Origin: a virus
Length of the DNA stretch: 64,000 nucleotides
Reading direction: 5' to 3' (one strand)
IMG/VR virus record: IMGVR_UViG_3300042940_001100
Span: 1-64,000 of that record
Position numbers and translations under genes: made by a program
The notes under the pieces: generated by a model
The model's input: only the letters and a program-made list of their open reading frames with translations
Database searches by the model: none
What the model was told of the DNA's origin: nothing
Part shown: positions 26,238 to 35,410 of the stretch, in pieces
How positions within the stretch are numbered: position 1 is the stretch's first letter
Layout of the letters: each line of letters starts with the position of its first letter

Positions 26238-26509
26238 TGGCAAAGACTGCAGCTTGGACCAGAAAAGAAGGTAAGAATCCTTCTGGAGGATTAAATAAAA
26301 AAGGTGTTGCTTCTTATAGAGCAGCTAATCCTGGTAGTAAACTTCAAACAGCTGTTACTACTAAACCATCTAAACTTGATCCGGATAGCAAAGATGCTAA
26401 AAGGAGAAAGTCATTTTGTGCAAGAATGTCTGGTGTTAAAGGACCTATGAAAGATGAAAAAGGAAGACCTACTAGAAAAGCTCTTTCTTTAAAAAAGTGG
26501 AACTGTTAA
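26237..26509 (+). CDS. small basic phage protein (probably DUF6321-like)
   Basis: KNPSGGLNKKG, RRKSFCARM and KKWNC motifs of a common environmental-phage family; family name from memory. Confidence 0.65.
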   Translation: MAKTAAWTRKEGKNPSGGLNKKGVASYRAANPGSKLQTAVTTKPSKLDPDSKDAKRRKSFCARMSGVKGPMKDEKGRPTRKALSLKKWNC

Positions 26510-26520
26510 AATAATATACT

Positions 26521-27126
26521 ATGAAAAAAACAACTAACTCAAATCCATTAAAGTACTTTAATGATGAGAAGGCTAAAAAAGTAGCTAAGCTTACTAAGGC
26601 TCAAGATGGGATGAACTATACTCGTAAATATGTATCTAATGTATTTGACAATGACCAATCTTTTTTAAATAGTACTAAAGAGGCACCTAAGAAATTTAAT
26701 ATTGTAAAAAACATTAAAGAAAAAATTAATGAGTATAAAGAAGATAAAGCCAATAGAGATGCTTATAAAAATAGACCAAGATTTACAGCTACATCTGTAT
26801 TGGTTCCAATACCTGAATCCTATACAAATACAAAAGCTGTGTCTGATACTTCTTCTACTAAAAAAGTTAATACTACCCCTACTAAAAAAGTAGAAACAAA
26901 AGGTCCTAAAGGAGTAATTCCAGGAACTAGTACAAGTAAAAGTACTTATACAGATAAAGATAGTAAACCTGTTTATACAGATACTTCTAGACCTAATGAA
27001 TACTTTACTATGACAAAAACAAAAGCTGGTCAGGATAGTTTAGCTCCATACAATTCTCAAATGGGATTATATGGTGAAGTAAGAAAAAAATCAGGTGGTC
27101 AAACTAAATCTAAAAAGAAGAAATAA
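26521..27126 (+). CDS. basic low-complexity protein with KAQDG and KKSGG motifs
   Basis: KLTKAQDG...RKKSGGQTKSKKK. Confidence 0.7.
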   Translation: MKKTTNSNPLKYFNDEKAKKVAKLTKAQDGMNYTRKYVSNVFDNDQSFLNSTKEAPKKFNIVKNIKEKINEYKEDKANRDAYKNRPRFTATSVLVPIPESYTNTKAVSDTSSTKKVNTTPTKKVETKGPKGVIPGTSTSKSTYTDKDSKPVYTDTSRPNEYFTMTKTKAGQDSLAPYNSQMGLYGEVRKKSGGQTKSKKKK

Positions 27127-27311
27127 TGGGAAAATATAAATTACCAAGCTATCCTAACAGTGAAAACCAGGATGCAAAGAATAACAAGATTATGGAGCAA
27201 TTCCGTAAGTTTAAAGAACAAGGTAACCGCGTAGAGGCTGTTAGTGTATTCAACTTAGACAACATGCCTCCAACTGTAGTTCCTGATTTTAAAAAACCTA
27301 AGAAAAAATAA
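27126..27311 (+). CDS. small basic protein
   Basis: 61 aa, TAATG-coupled on both sides. Confidence 0.65.
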   Translation: MGKYKLPSYPNSENQDAKNNKIMEQFRKFKEQGNRVEAVSVFNLDNMPPTVVPDFKKPKKK

Positions 27312-28015
27312 TGTTAGCTAGCACTATACTTTTAAAGGTTCAAGAAAGACTTAATAAGCTTGCAAGTAATGACTATGATAATATTCAGAACTGGCAAATT
27401 GTTGAAGCTTTTAATAAGGGTCAAGTAGATTGGTGCCGTAGAAACCTTCATGGTTTAAATATTGTTAAAGAAGGTGATGAGCAATCTACTCGTAGAATAG
27501 ATGACTTGCAAGTACTGCTTGTTAATACTATTTTAAATATGAATAACAAACAAACCTATTATGAAAGTGTGACCTTTCCTACTGATTATTTACAGTGGAA
27601 AAGAGTATCTGCAGGCGCTACTAGTGAATGTTGTCCAGATCCTAAACCTATTGTTATATACTTAGCTGAGGTTGCCAATGTGGATGAGCTTCTTAGAGAT
27701 TTTAATAAGCGCCCAGACTTTGAGTTTGGTGAAACTTTTGCTACCTTATCTAACAATAATTTAAAGATCTATACTAATGGTTTATTTAAACCGGTTAATG
27801 TAACTTTATATTATTATAGACAACCTGTAAGAATGCAGATTGCTGGAGTAGAAGATCCTTACACAGGACTTATCCCTACAGTAACAGTTAATCCTGAATT
27901 TAAGGATGACTTAGTAGAGGTGTTTGTAGATGAAGCGGTTAAGATCCTTGCCGGTGATATTGAGTCTATGACTCAGTACCAAAGAATGAGTCAATCAACA
28001 GAAGAAAATAACTAA
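27311..28015 (+). CDS. putative head-tail ring/adaptor protein
   Basis: Helical N-terminus, FPTDYL and LYYYRQP motifs, C-terminal DEAVKIL helix; size and pattern fit crAss-like tail tubular/ring proteins. Confidence 0.6.
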   Translation: MLASTILLKVQERLNKLASNDYDNIQNWQIVEAFNKGQVDWCRRNLHGLNIVKEGDEQSTRRIDDLQVLLVNTILNMNNKQTYYESVTFPTDYLQWKRVSAGATSECCPDPKPIVIYLAEVANVDELLRDFNKRPDFEFGETFATLSNNNLKIYTNGLFKPVNVTLYYYRQPVRMQIAGVEDPYTGLIPTVTVNPEFKDDLVEVFVDEAVKILAGDIESMTQYQRMSQSTEENN

Positions 28016-28017
28016 TC

Positions 28018-28518
28018 ATGGAAGAAACACAATCTAGATTTTTAAAAAGAACTCCTGAAAAAATACAAGGAATCAGTAGACCAAAACCTGAACCGGTAAA
28101 AGCAAATCCTGCACCAAATACTGGAGCAGGTGGAAGTTCTGTGGATAATATGGTATCAGCATGTGCCTCAGAACTCATGAATGCTAGAACTAGTTTTCAT
28201 AAACTTCATTTAAAGATTAAAGGTGATGGTTCTTATGCAGCTCATACTGCTCTAAATGCTTTCTACGATGAACTACCTGATCAAACAGACACTCTTATTG
28301 AAGGCTACCAAGGAGCTGCTGAAAAACTATTAAGTTATACAGAAACTACTCCTAGAATACTAGATACAGTTTCAGATGCTGTAGCTTATTTAAGAGATTT
28401 GTCAGCTATTATCACAAAACTACAAGGAATGCTGCCTTACTCAGAAATTGTTAACAACTTAGATCTAGTTAAAGACTCTATTAATTCAACTAAATATAAA
28501 TTACTTTTCTTAAAATAA
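28018..28518 (+). CDS. ferritin/Dps-like four-helix protein
   Basis: HKLHL...GSYAAHTALNAFYDELPDQTDTLIEGYQG. Confidence 0.7.
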   Translation: MEETQSRFLKRTPEKIQGISRPKPEPVKANPAPNTGAGGSSVDNMVSACASELMNARTSFHKLHLKIKGDGSYAAHTALNAFYDELPDQTDTLIEGYQGAAEKLLSYTETTPRILDTVSDAVAYLRDLSAIITKLQGMLPYSEIVNNLDLVKDSINSTKYKLLFLK

Positions 28519-28588
28519 TTTGCATATAATAAAACTAATTAATACATTTACTACTTATTTATTTATAAACTAAAAAACAAAAAAAAAC

Positions 28589-30208
28589 ATGGCTTATTTT
28601 AATCATGCCTTCACCAAGATGTTTCTTGGAACAGGCGCAACTCGCGATCTTGTGAGCACAGGTGCAGCTGCTTCAGCAATAGTACCTTACAATCCTTATT
28701 CAACAGGTGGTATGATAACTACAATTGGAACACCAACTGTTGCATTAGCAAACTTACCTGTCTATCCTAACAATCCTCACACAGGTTATTTTGGATTTTT
28801 TGATCCTAAAACTTACTTGTCAATTAACACAGGTCTTACTAATTATGATTGCTGTCCAATTATATTAGCTAGTTCTTCTGTATTACAGAATGACAAAATT
28901 GGTCCTTTCCATGGTGGTTATCAAGAGACTAACAAGTCTAAAATGATCAATCCTAAGTATGTTCAAAAAACATACCGTGTAGATTCATGTGTACCTAAAC
29001 AAGCAATAGTATCTATTGGTAACACTCCAACAACAGGTACAGGTATTATTACTTTTGCTGGATTAGTTGGTGGTACTGGTTACGCTAATGGTACTTATGT
29101 AGTGAATGTTACAGGTGGTACAGGAGTTGGTGCTAAATTTACTATAACTGTAGCTGCTGGTATTGTTACTGGTGCTGTATTATATAATGCAGGTACAGGA
29201 TACACTGTTGCTGATGTTCTTACTTTAGTTGGTGGAAACAATGATGCTACAGTAACTGTTGCTTCAGTTTCTACAGGACCTGCTTTAAATCCAAATGGAT
29301 TCCAAGGCGGAACTACAGATGCACAATGCTGCTTCCAGTTCTTATGTGGTGAGACTTATTACTTACGTATTGATGTTAAAGGTTCTCCTGCATTACGTGC
29401 TTTAAATCACAATGCTTACCAAACTCTTGATGCTTATACAGGATGTTGTGCTGGTCCTACACCTACTGTTGTAGATTCGACTTTAGTGATGATCTCTTGG
29501 GCTGAAAAAGTACTTATTAATAACTACTTAAAACCGTTTATATTACCTGTTGTATTTGATGAATTAGGTGTTGCTTGGTATGCTCCAGGAACAACTGTTG
29601 ATCCTATTACAAATGCTGCTGTATTACCAGCTCAGTGGTGGACTGCTTATGTATCTCCGGGTCATACTGCTGGTCAATGTGCAGGTCTTCGTTTATTTGG
29701 TGCCTTTGTTGGTACTGTATTTGGAGATTGTACTTTTCAAATCACTGACTTTTTTGAGAAAGAGCCTGTTAAAATTATTGCTTCAATGGTTGATTATACT
29801 GGAGATCCTTGTGTATTTGAAGGCATCTGTGTGTACAATGACTGTTTAGGTTTACAAGGTATGGGCTTTGGTGACCAAGTTGTAAAAGACTTAATCTTAG
29901 CTGAATCATACTTACAAAACTTCTTTGCTAACAATGATCTACGTATCCGTGAGATTACTCAAGGTTATGACATGACAAGTGCTATTAACCGTAATGCATT
30001 ATACACAAGATATTTCTTGTTGCATAGTGTTCCACGTTGGAATAACCCAACTGGTGTGTTTGATGCAGACCGTTACATGTTAGAGATTATTACTACTGCG
30101 CCTAATGCAGCTTTAAATCAATTCTTAACAAACTGGTTAACATCATGTGCTGATTGTGTTGAATTTGAAGCAAATACTTGCACACCTTGTGTACCAGTAA
30201 ATAACTAA
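28589..30208 (+). CDS. abundant virion structural protein (auxiliary capsid protein candidate)
   Basis: Leader and CGT-biased codons like the capsid gene; GGTGY/GTGY beta insert; followed by a terminator. Confidence 0.6.
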   Translation: MAYFNHAFTKMFLGTGATRDLVSTGAAASAIVPYNPYSTGGMITTIGTPTVALANLPVYPNNPHTGYFGFFDPKTYLSINTGLTNYDCCPIILASSSVLQNDKIGPFHGGYQETNKSKMINPKYVQKTYRVDSCVPKQAIVSIGNTPTTGTGIITFAGLVGGTGYANGTYVVNVTGGTGVGAKFTITVAAGIVTGAVLYNAGTGYTVADVLTLVGGNNDATVTVASVSTGPALNPNGFQGGTTDAQCCFQFLCGETYYLRIDVKGSPALRALNHNAYQTLDAYTGCCAGPTPTVVDSTLVMISWAEKVLINNYLKPFILPVVFDELGVAWYAPGTTVDPITNAAVLPAQWWTAYVSPGHTAGQCAGLRLFGAFVGTVFGDCTFQITDFFEKEPVKIIASMVDYTGDPCVFEGICVYNDCLGLQGMGFGDQVVKDLILAESYLQNFFANNDLRIREITQGYDMTSAINRNALYTRYFLLHSVPRWNNPTGVFDADRYMLEIITTAPNAALNQFLTNWLTSCADCVEFEANTCTPCVPVNN

Positions 30209-30231
30209 GAATTTATTAACCTATAAAGATT

Positions 30232-30264
30232 AAAGGGAGGTTGCTTTGCTTCCTCCCTTTTTTT
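30232..30264 (+). terminator. intrinsic terminator
   Basis: AAAGGGAGG-loop-CCTCCCTTT followed by TTTT. Confidence 0.8.
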
Positions 30265-30268
30265 CTTT

Positions 30269-30276
30269 TATATTTG
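30269..30276 (+). promoter_or_regulatory. Bacteroidota -7 element
   Basis: TATATTTG immediately after the terminator, 7 nt before the ATG. Confidence 0.5.
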
Positions 30277-30283
30277 TAAGATT

Positions 30284-30847
30284 ATGGCTAGACACGTATT
30301 AAGTTTGGAAATTCCAGACACTCTCAATAAATGTATTTTTAGAATAGTAGATACTAGTGTATATGCACCTGATGTAGAAGTTACTTGTCCTTTATTGCAG
30401 ATAACGCTTCCGGGATTTATACATCCTGTAAATATTGCACCTCCTCAAATTAATCCAGGATTTAATGCTAATCTAACAGCATGTGATTTAGGTATTCAAA
30501 GTGCAGATTGTGGTACAACTTTTTATGACATTCCTGATGGAATATATATTGTAAAATATAGTGTTGAACCAAAAGATCTTGTGTATGTAGAATACAATCA
30601 TTTAAGAATGACTTGTGCTTTAAACAAGGTTAGACAGATCTATTGTGAATTAGATATGGGGGCTTGTTTGCCTTCAGAAACTATAATGCTTAAGTTACAA
30701 AAAATAAGATTAATACAACAACAATTACAAGCTGCTAAAGCATATGTAGAAGATTGCCATAACCCAAAAGGAGGAATGGAACTATATAAATATGCAGTAA
30801 GTCAGCTAGATAAATTATCATGCGGAGCAGTCTGCAAAACTTGTTAA
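30284..30847 (+). CDS. putative tail collar/ring-associated structural protein
   Basis: DTSVY and IPDGIYIVKYSV motifs, helical C-terminus, many Cys. Confidence 0.5.
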   Translation: MARHVLSLEIPDTLNKCIFRIVDTSVYAPDVEVTCPLLQITLPGFIHPVNIAPPQINPGFNANLTACDLGIQSADCGTTFYDIPDGIYIVKYSVEPKDLVYVEYNHLRMTCALNKVRQIYCELDMGACLPSETIMLKLQKIRLIQQQLQAAKAYVEDCHNPKGGMELYKYAVSQLDKLSCGAVCKTC

Positions 30848-30867
30848 ACCAATAAAACCAACATAAA

Positions 30868-31056
30868 ATGAGTGCATGTTTAAATTGTGGAGTATCCATG
30901 GGATGTAGTTGTCAAAGAAGAGTTGCTAGTGATGGCAAATCTGTATGTGGAACTTGTATAGCAGAATATGAAAAAAAAATAAAGGGCACCGCTGTCCAAA
31001 AACCAACTAATAGCACAGCACCAACTAATGTAAATGTATTTTATAAAGCACCTTAA
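30868..31056 (+). CDS. small Cys-rich metal-binding-like protein
   Basis: CLNC...GCSCQ...CGTC. Confidence 0.65.
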   Translation: MSACLNCGVSMGCSCQRRVASDGKSVCGTCIAEYEKKIKGTAVQKPTNSTAPTNVNVFYKAP

Positions 31057-31069
31057 ATAATTAAAACAA

Positions 31070-34000
31070 ATGGCATGCTATAAACTCTCCTCATGTACAG
31101 CAGGTAATACAACAATACTTTGGTCTAATGATCCTGGTTTTGCAGGATTAGTTGGACAAACAATTCAACTTACACCTTATTCTGGTATATGTCTTACTGT
31201 AGAGTTAATAGAAACACCATGTATTTGTCAACCAAATAGTCCTGATGTCAATGCAACTCAGGCCTCATCTTGTGAATGCACCAGTCCTAATGATTGTTAT
31301 AAATTAACAGAGTGTAATGATTCAATACCTCCTATCTATGTAAGTAACAATCTTAATCCTTATATAGGATTATCTATTGCAGTAGAAGAATATCCAGGTT
31401 ATTGTTTTAATGTAACTGGTGTTGAGGATCCAGCAGAGTGTGAGGCTAACTTACCTAATATTCAAGTTACATGTGTTAATCTATGTACTTGTGATCTTTT
31501 TTGTTACGAGCTTACTAACTGTTTAGTTGCTGATACAATTATAGTTCATACATCTTTAACTCTTACTTTAAATACAGTTATTGCAATAACTCCTGCTGTA
31601 ATTGCGCCTGGTGGAAATAACTGCTGGACAGTAACAGATCTTTATGTTCAGCCTTGTGATATTAGTACAGGAGTACTTGTAACCAGTATCATCCCTTACG
31701 GAGTAAGTGGTTGCGCTGCTTGTGGAATACCTCTGCCTTGTTATACATTAGCTGATTGTTCTGGTAATATATTACCTTTTAATACAAATTCTAACTTGGC
31801 TGCCTATATAGGACAAGCTGTTCATTTAACTGAATATGGAGGTTGTGCAGGTCCTTGCTTTTTAGTAAGTCTTAATGCCGGACCTTGTCCAGTTGTTGAA
31901 CCAGCAACGGTTACTCTAGGTTGTGTACTTTGTCCACCTTGTAATCAAACATGTTATAAATTAATTGATTGTGAAACTAGAATTCAATATGCTATACTAT
32001 CAAGTCCTACAGCAAACGGAGTTGACTTAAGCTTACTTGTTGGTCAAAGTATTGGCAAAGTATGTCTTAGTCCAGAACCTGTAGAATGTACTACTGGTTG
32101 TTGGGAAGTACAAATTTCAAATACTTGTGGAGGTGCTATATCAGCTTATGTATATAATATTTATGATGATTGCAATGCTTGTACAAATAGTTGTTATGTT
32201 TTTCAAAATTGTCAGACGGGTGCGCTAGGTCCTATAATTAAGTATACAGTTCCTAATCCTAATGGTTTACCTAATCCTAGTACTTTAACAGGAGCAGTAG
32301 GTTCTTTATGTTTTACGGCTCCTACTGGATGTCTTACAGGTTGTTATCAATTATTACCACAACCAGGTGCTTCTTGTGTAGGTAGTATTGATTGGTCAAC
32401 GGCTGTAAGTTATACACCATATAATGATTGCTTTAGCTGTTTACCAAAGTGTTATCTACTTACAGAATGTGCTCCCGCAATTTCAGTACCTATAGTAGTA
32501 AATAATGATCTTAGTCTGTATGTAGGACAAGTAGCTAAAATATGTGATTCATTAGGAGAATGTCATTGTTATAATGTAGAAATTTCACAGAGTTGTAATG
32601 GAGCTATCACTATTGATAATGCTAGTGCTAGTTTTACAACTTGTGAAGAATGTAATTCATGCGAGTGTCCTCCAGGCTATACTAAAGTAGGAGAGTTTTG
32701 TCAGAAGATAACAAGTATTCCAGCTGTAGCAAATCCTGTAATATATTCAACAGGTCCTGGTAGTTTAAATACTGCCTTCTATGGAATACTAGGAACAAAC
32801 TTTTATGGTAATATTTCAGCTTTACCTTTTCCATTAACTGCAGTTACCGGCCCAGATCGTTTTCAAGATGCTTCTGCTACAAATGTAGTAGCTGTAAATA
32901 ATATTATTGGTGTATGGGGTCCTGGTGCAGCATCAAGATTAAACTCTGTTGGTGTATGGACTACAGTTAATCCTAATCCTTTATCACAATGGATTGGTTT
33001 TACAGAATGCATTACTATCCCAACTACTGGTATTTATTGTATAGGTATTGGTGGCGATGATGCTGTAAGAATAAAAATTGATGGTGTATTGGTTGCTATA
33101 GCTAACATAGGCTTATTTGATTTTCGATACTGGCATGTATTTGAAATCAGTCTTACTGCAGGAACTCACATAATCACCTTAGAAGGTTATAATACCGCAG
33201 GTAATACAGCTTTTGCTGCAGAAATATATAATGTAACTTCAGCAACTCTTCAAACTTATACTACATCTGTTCAGGTACAGTTAGCTACAATATTTAGTAC
33301 TTTTCCTAAAAGAATAAGTGGTACTTTTCAAACAGGTGAAACCTCTGGTTATTCATGTCCTCCCGGTTATGCTCTTAATTCATGCGGTGATAAACTTGTT
33401 TGTAGTTTAATTGAAACCATTCCTTATGTAGAATGCGCGGCTACTTATTTAGTAACAAGTTGTGAACCAGGTGTAGAACCTTTTTTAACTAATACTGACT
33501 TATCCGCGTATATAGGATCAACCTATAAAGCTTGTATAACCAATCCTACATATTCTACAACTTGTTTTATTTTAAAAGATTGTAATAGATTAGTTTCTGA
33601 TATTGTTACTAATACTAATCTAACAAGCAGCTTATGGCAAATAATTAAGGTTGATGGTTATCCAGGATCTTGTTTTATTGTAACAGGTGTTCCTGTAGGA
33701 AATCCTTGCATTGCTCCTATCCCTGTAGTAGCTTCATCACCTGTTGAAGGTTCTTGTAATTGTCCAGGAGCTCAAGTTCCTTGGCCAAATGGTTGTTATT
33801 GTGTAACTGTAGAAGAAGTTGCTTCAGAAGTTGCTATAAATTTTTTAGGAGTTTTTACAACAGAATATGTAGCATGCGAAGATTGTTTACAAGTTTGTTA
33901 TGTTCTTACTGATTGTAATGATGCTTTAGATCCTGTTACTGTTTGTAATGATTTAGAAAATTATATAGGACAAGTTATTAAAATAGAAGGTTGTGGTGAT

Positions 34001-35359
34001 ATTTGCTGGCAAGTATCTCTTGCATTAAATTGTGATTCTAATTTAGCTATACCAGGCAAGATAACGCTTTATGAAGATTGTGAAGCTTGTCTTCCTCCTC
34101 TTCCGCCAGTTCCACCACCTTATGATTTACATTTAAGAAAAATTAAACCAGGTTGGAAGAGTCCTAATAGTTGTTATACTTTAGATTATATAGAAAGAAT
34201 TAACTGTACTTTTGGACAGCAAATTTATAATGAAATGCTTGTTGCAAGATATGGTATAACCGTATGTTGTGATGAGGATGTCAATAAGTGGGATATTAAG
34301 AAACAAATGTTAGATCTTGATATGCTTAAAGATCCTAATCTTTGTAAGTCAACTTTATGCTGTTGTCCTGCTCCTTGTTTTATAGAAGCTTTTGTAACAG
34401 TGCTTCCTTTCTGTGGAGTTCCTAATATAGTATCTGTAGTTTTTAATCTACCTTGTCCTGCGCCTGTATTAATTGATGTGGAAATTGAGGTACTTAGTGA
34501 ACCTGCTGCATGTCGTTGCTTTTCTGTAGAAGTATTAGATGAACCGGTTAGTATTAGTTATATTGATTGTTGCTGTGTAGTTCAAACACAAGTAATAGAT
34601 GCAGTAGGTATTTATCCTATATGTTCTTCTACAGCGCCTGTATCAATAAATAATCCATCAAGTATTGTTGTTACTGACAGTGGTTTATGCGGTGTATCTC
34701 CTTTATGTACACCTCCACCTTTTCAAGTATGTTCATGTTGGTCAATCTATAATCCAACAGTTGCAACTTTAGGATTTAGTATTGCTGCTATTTGCCCAGC
34801 TGGTCCAGATCCTGTAGAACAAGCAGGAACAATTGCTCCTCTAGTAACTATATATAATTGTTCTGTTGCACCTCCTGTAGTTGCTAATGGTTTAATAGTT
34901 ACAAATACAGGACCTTGTAGTGATTACTGTGGTCCTATTCCTGCTGTATGTGTATGTTATTTACTACATGCTACTGAATCTTGTGCTTATACTTATCCTG
35001 ATTGTAATGGTCGGCCAGCAAGTGGAACTTTAGTAATTGGTGATAATTATATATGTGCTTATAGTATGCCTCTATTAGATCCAGCTTGTGCAGATTTTGT
35101 TACAATAGCTGCTACAGCAAATGTTTGTGTTGATGGTCAATGTGGACCACCTTGTATATGTTATGTAGTAACAGTACCGTCTGATGGTAATCAGCATTTT
35201 ATTACCATAACAGATTGTTTAGGTAATCTTATTATTAATACACCATATTTTGGAGGTACATATTATATTTGTTCTCAAAATAGTATTTTAAGTGATCCAA
35301 ACGTGTCTTATTCACCTACATCATTTGGATGTGGGCCAGGTCAATGTGTAGAACCATAG
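31070..35359 (+). CDS. giant Cys-rich repeat fibre protein with a PA14-like domain
   Basis: About 10 CYxLxxC repeats, 4 CxC(Y/F/W) repeats and GGDDAVRIKIDG...LTAGTHIITLE. Confidence 0.7.
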   Translation: MACYKLSSCTAGNTTILWSNDPGFAGLVGQTIQLTPYSGICLTVELIETPCICQPNSPDVNATQASSCECTSPNDCYKLTECNDSIPPIYVSNNLNPYIGLSIAVEEYPGYCFNVTGVEDPAECEANLPNIQVTCVNLCTCDLFCYELTNCLVADTIIVHTSLTLTLNTVIAITPAVIAPGGNNCWTVTDLYVQPCDISTGVLVTSIIPYGVSGCAACGIPLPCYTLADCSGNILPFNTNSNLAAYIGQAVHLTEYGGCAGPCFLVSLNAGPCPVVEPATVTLGCVLCPPCNQTCYKLIDCETRIQYAILSSPTANGVDLSLLVGQSIGKVCLSPEPVECTTGCWEVQISNTCGGAISAYVYNIYDDCNACTNSCYVFQNCQTGALGPIIKYTVPNPNGLPNPSTLTGAVGSLCFTAPTGCLTGCYQLLPQPGASCVGSIDWSTAVSYTPYNDCFSCLPKCYLLTECAPAISVPIVVNNDLSLYVGQVAKICDSLGECHCYNVEISQSCNGAITIDNASASFTTCEECNSCECPPGYTKVGEFCQKITSIPAVANPVIYSTGPGSLNTAFYGILGTNFYGNISALPFPLTAVTGPDRFQDASATNVVAVNNIIGVWGPGAASRLNSVGVWTTVNPNPLSQWIGFTECITIPTTGIYCIGIGGDDAVRIKIDGVLVAIANIGLFDFRYWHVFEISLTAGTHIITLEGYNTAGNTAFAAEIYNVTSATLQTYTTSVQVQLATIFSTFPKRISGTFQTGETSGYSCPPGYALNSCGDKLVCSLIETIPYVECAATYLVTSCEPGVEPFLTNTDLSAYIGSTYKACITNPTYSTTCFILKDCNRLVSDIVTNTNLTSSLWQIIKVDGYPGSCFIVTGVPVGNPCIAPIPVVASSPVEGSCNCPGAQVPWPNGCYCVTVEEVASEVAINFLGVFTTEYVACEDCLQVCYVLTDCNDALDPVTVCNDLENYIGQVIKIEGCGDICWQVSLALNCDSNLAIPGKITLYEDCEACLPPLPPVPPPYDLHLRKIKPGWKSPNSCYTLDYIERINCTFGQQIYNEMLVARYGITVCCDEDVNKWDIKKQMLDLDMLKDPNLCKSTLCCCPAPCFIEAFVTVLPFCGVPNIVSVVFNLPCPAPVLIDVEIEVLSEPAACRCFSVEVLDEPVSISYIDCCCVVQTQVIDAVGIYPICSSTAPVSINNPSSIVVTDSGLCGVSPLCTPPPFQVCSCWSIYNPTVATLGFSIAAICPAGPDPVEQAGTIAPLVTIYNCSVAPPVVANGLIVTNTGPCSDYCGPIPAVCVCYLLHATESCAYTYPDCNGRPASGTLVIGDNYICAYSMPLLDPACADFVTIAATANVCVDGQCGPPCICYVVTVPSDGNQHFITITDCLGNLIINTPYFGGTYYICSQNSILSDPNVSYSPTSFGCGPGQCVEP

Positions 35360-35410
35360 ATGATTAATTAAAATAATAAAATAATAAGTATATTTAACAA
35401 TAAATAAAAT

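Noticed and set aside
24015-27126. Double-glycine bacteriocin precursors
   Set aside because: GG lies mostly near the C-terminus before a Lys tail rather than ending an N-terminal leader, and no peptidase-ABC transporter is present
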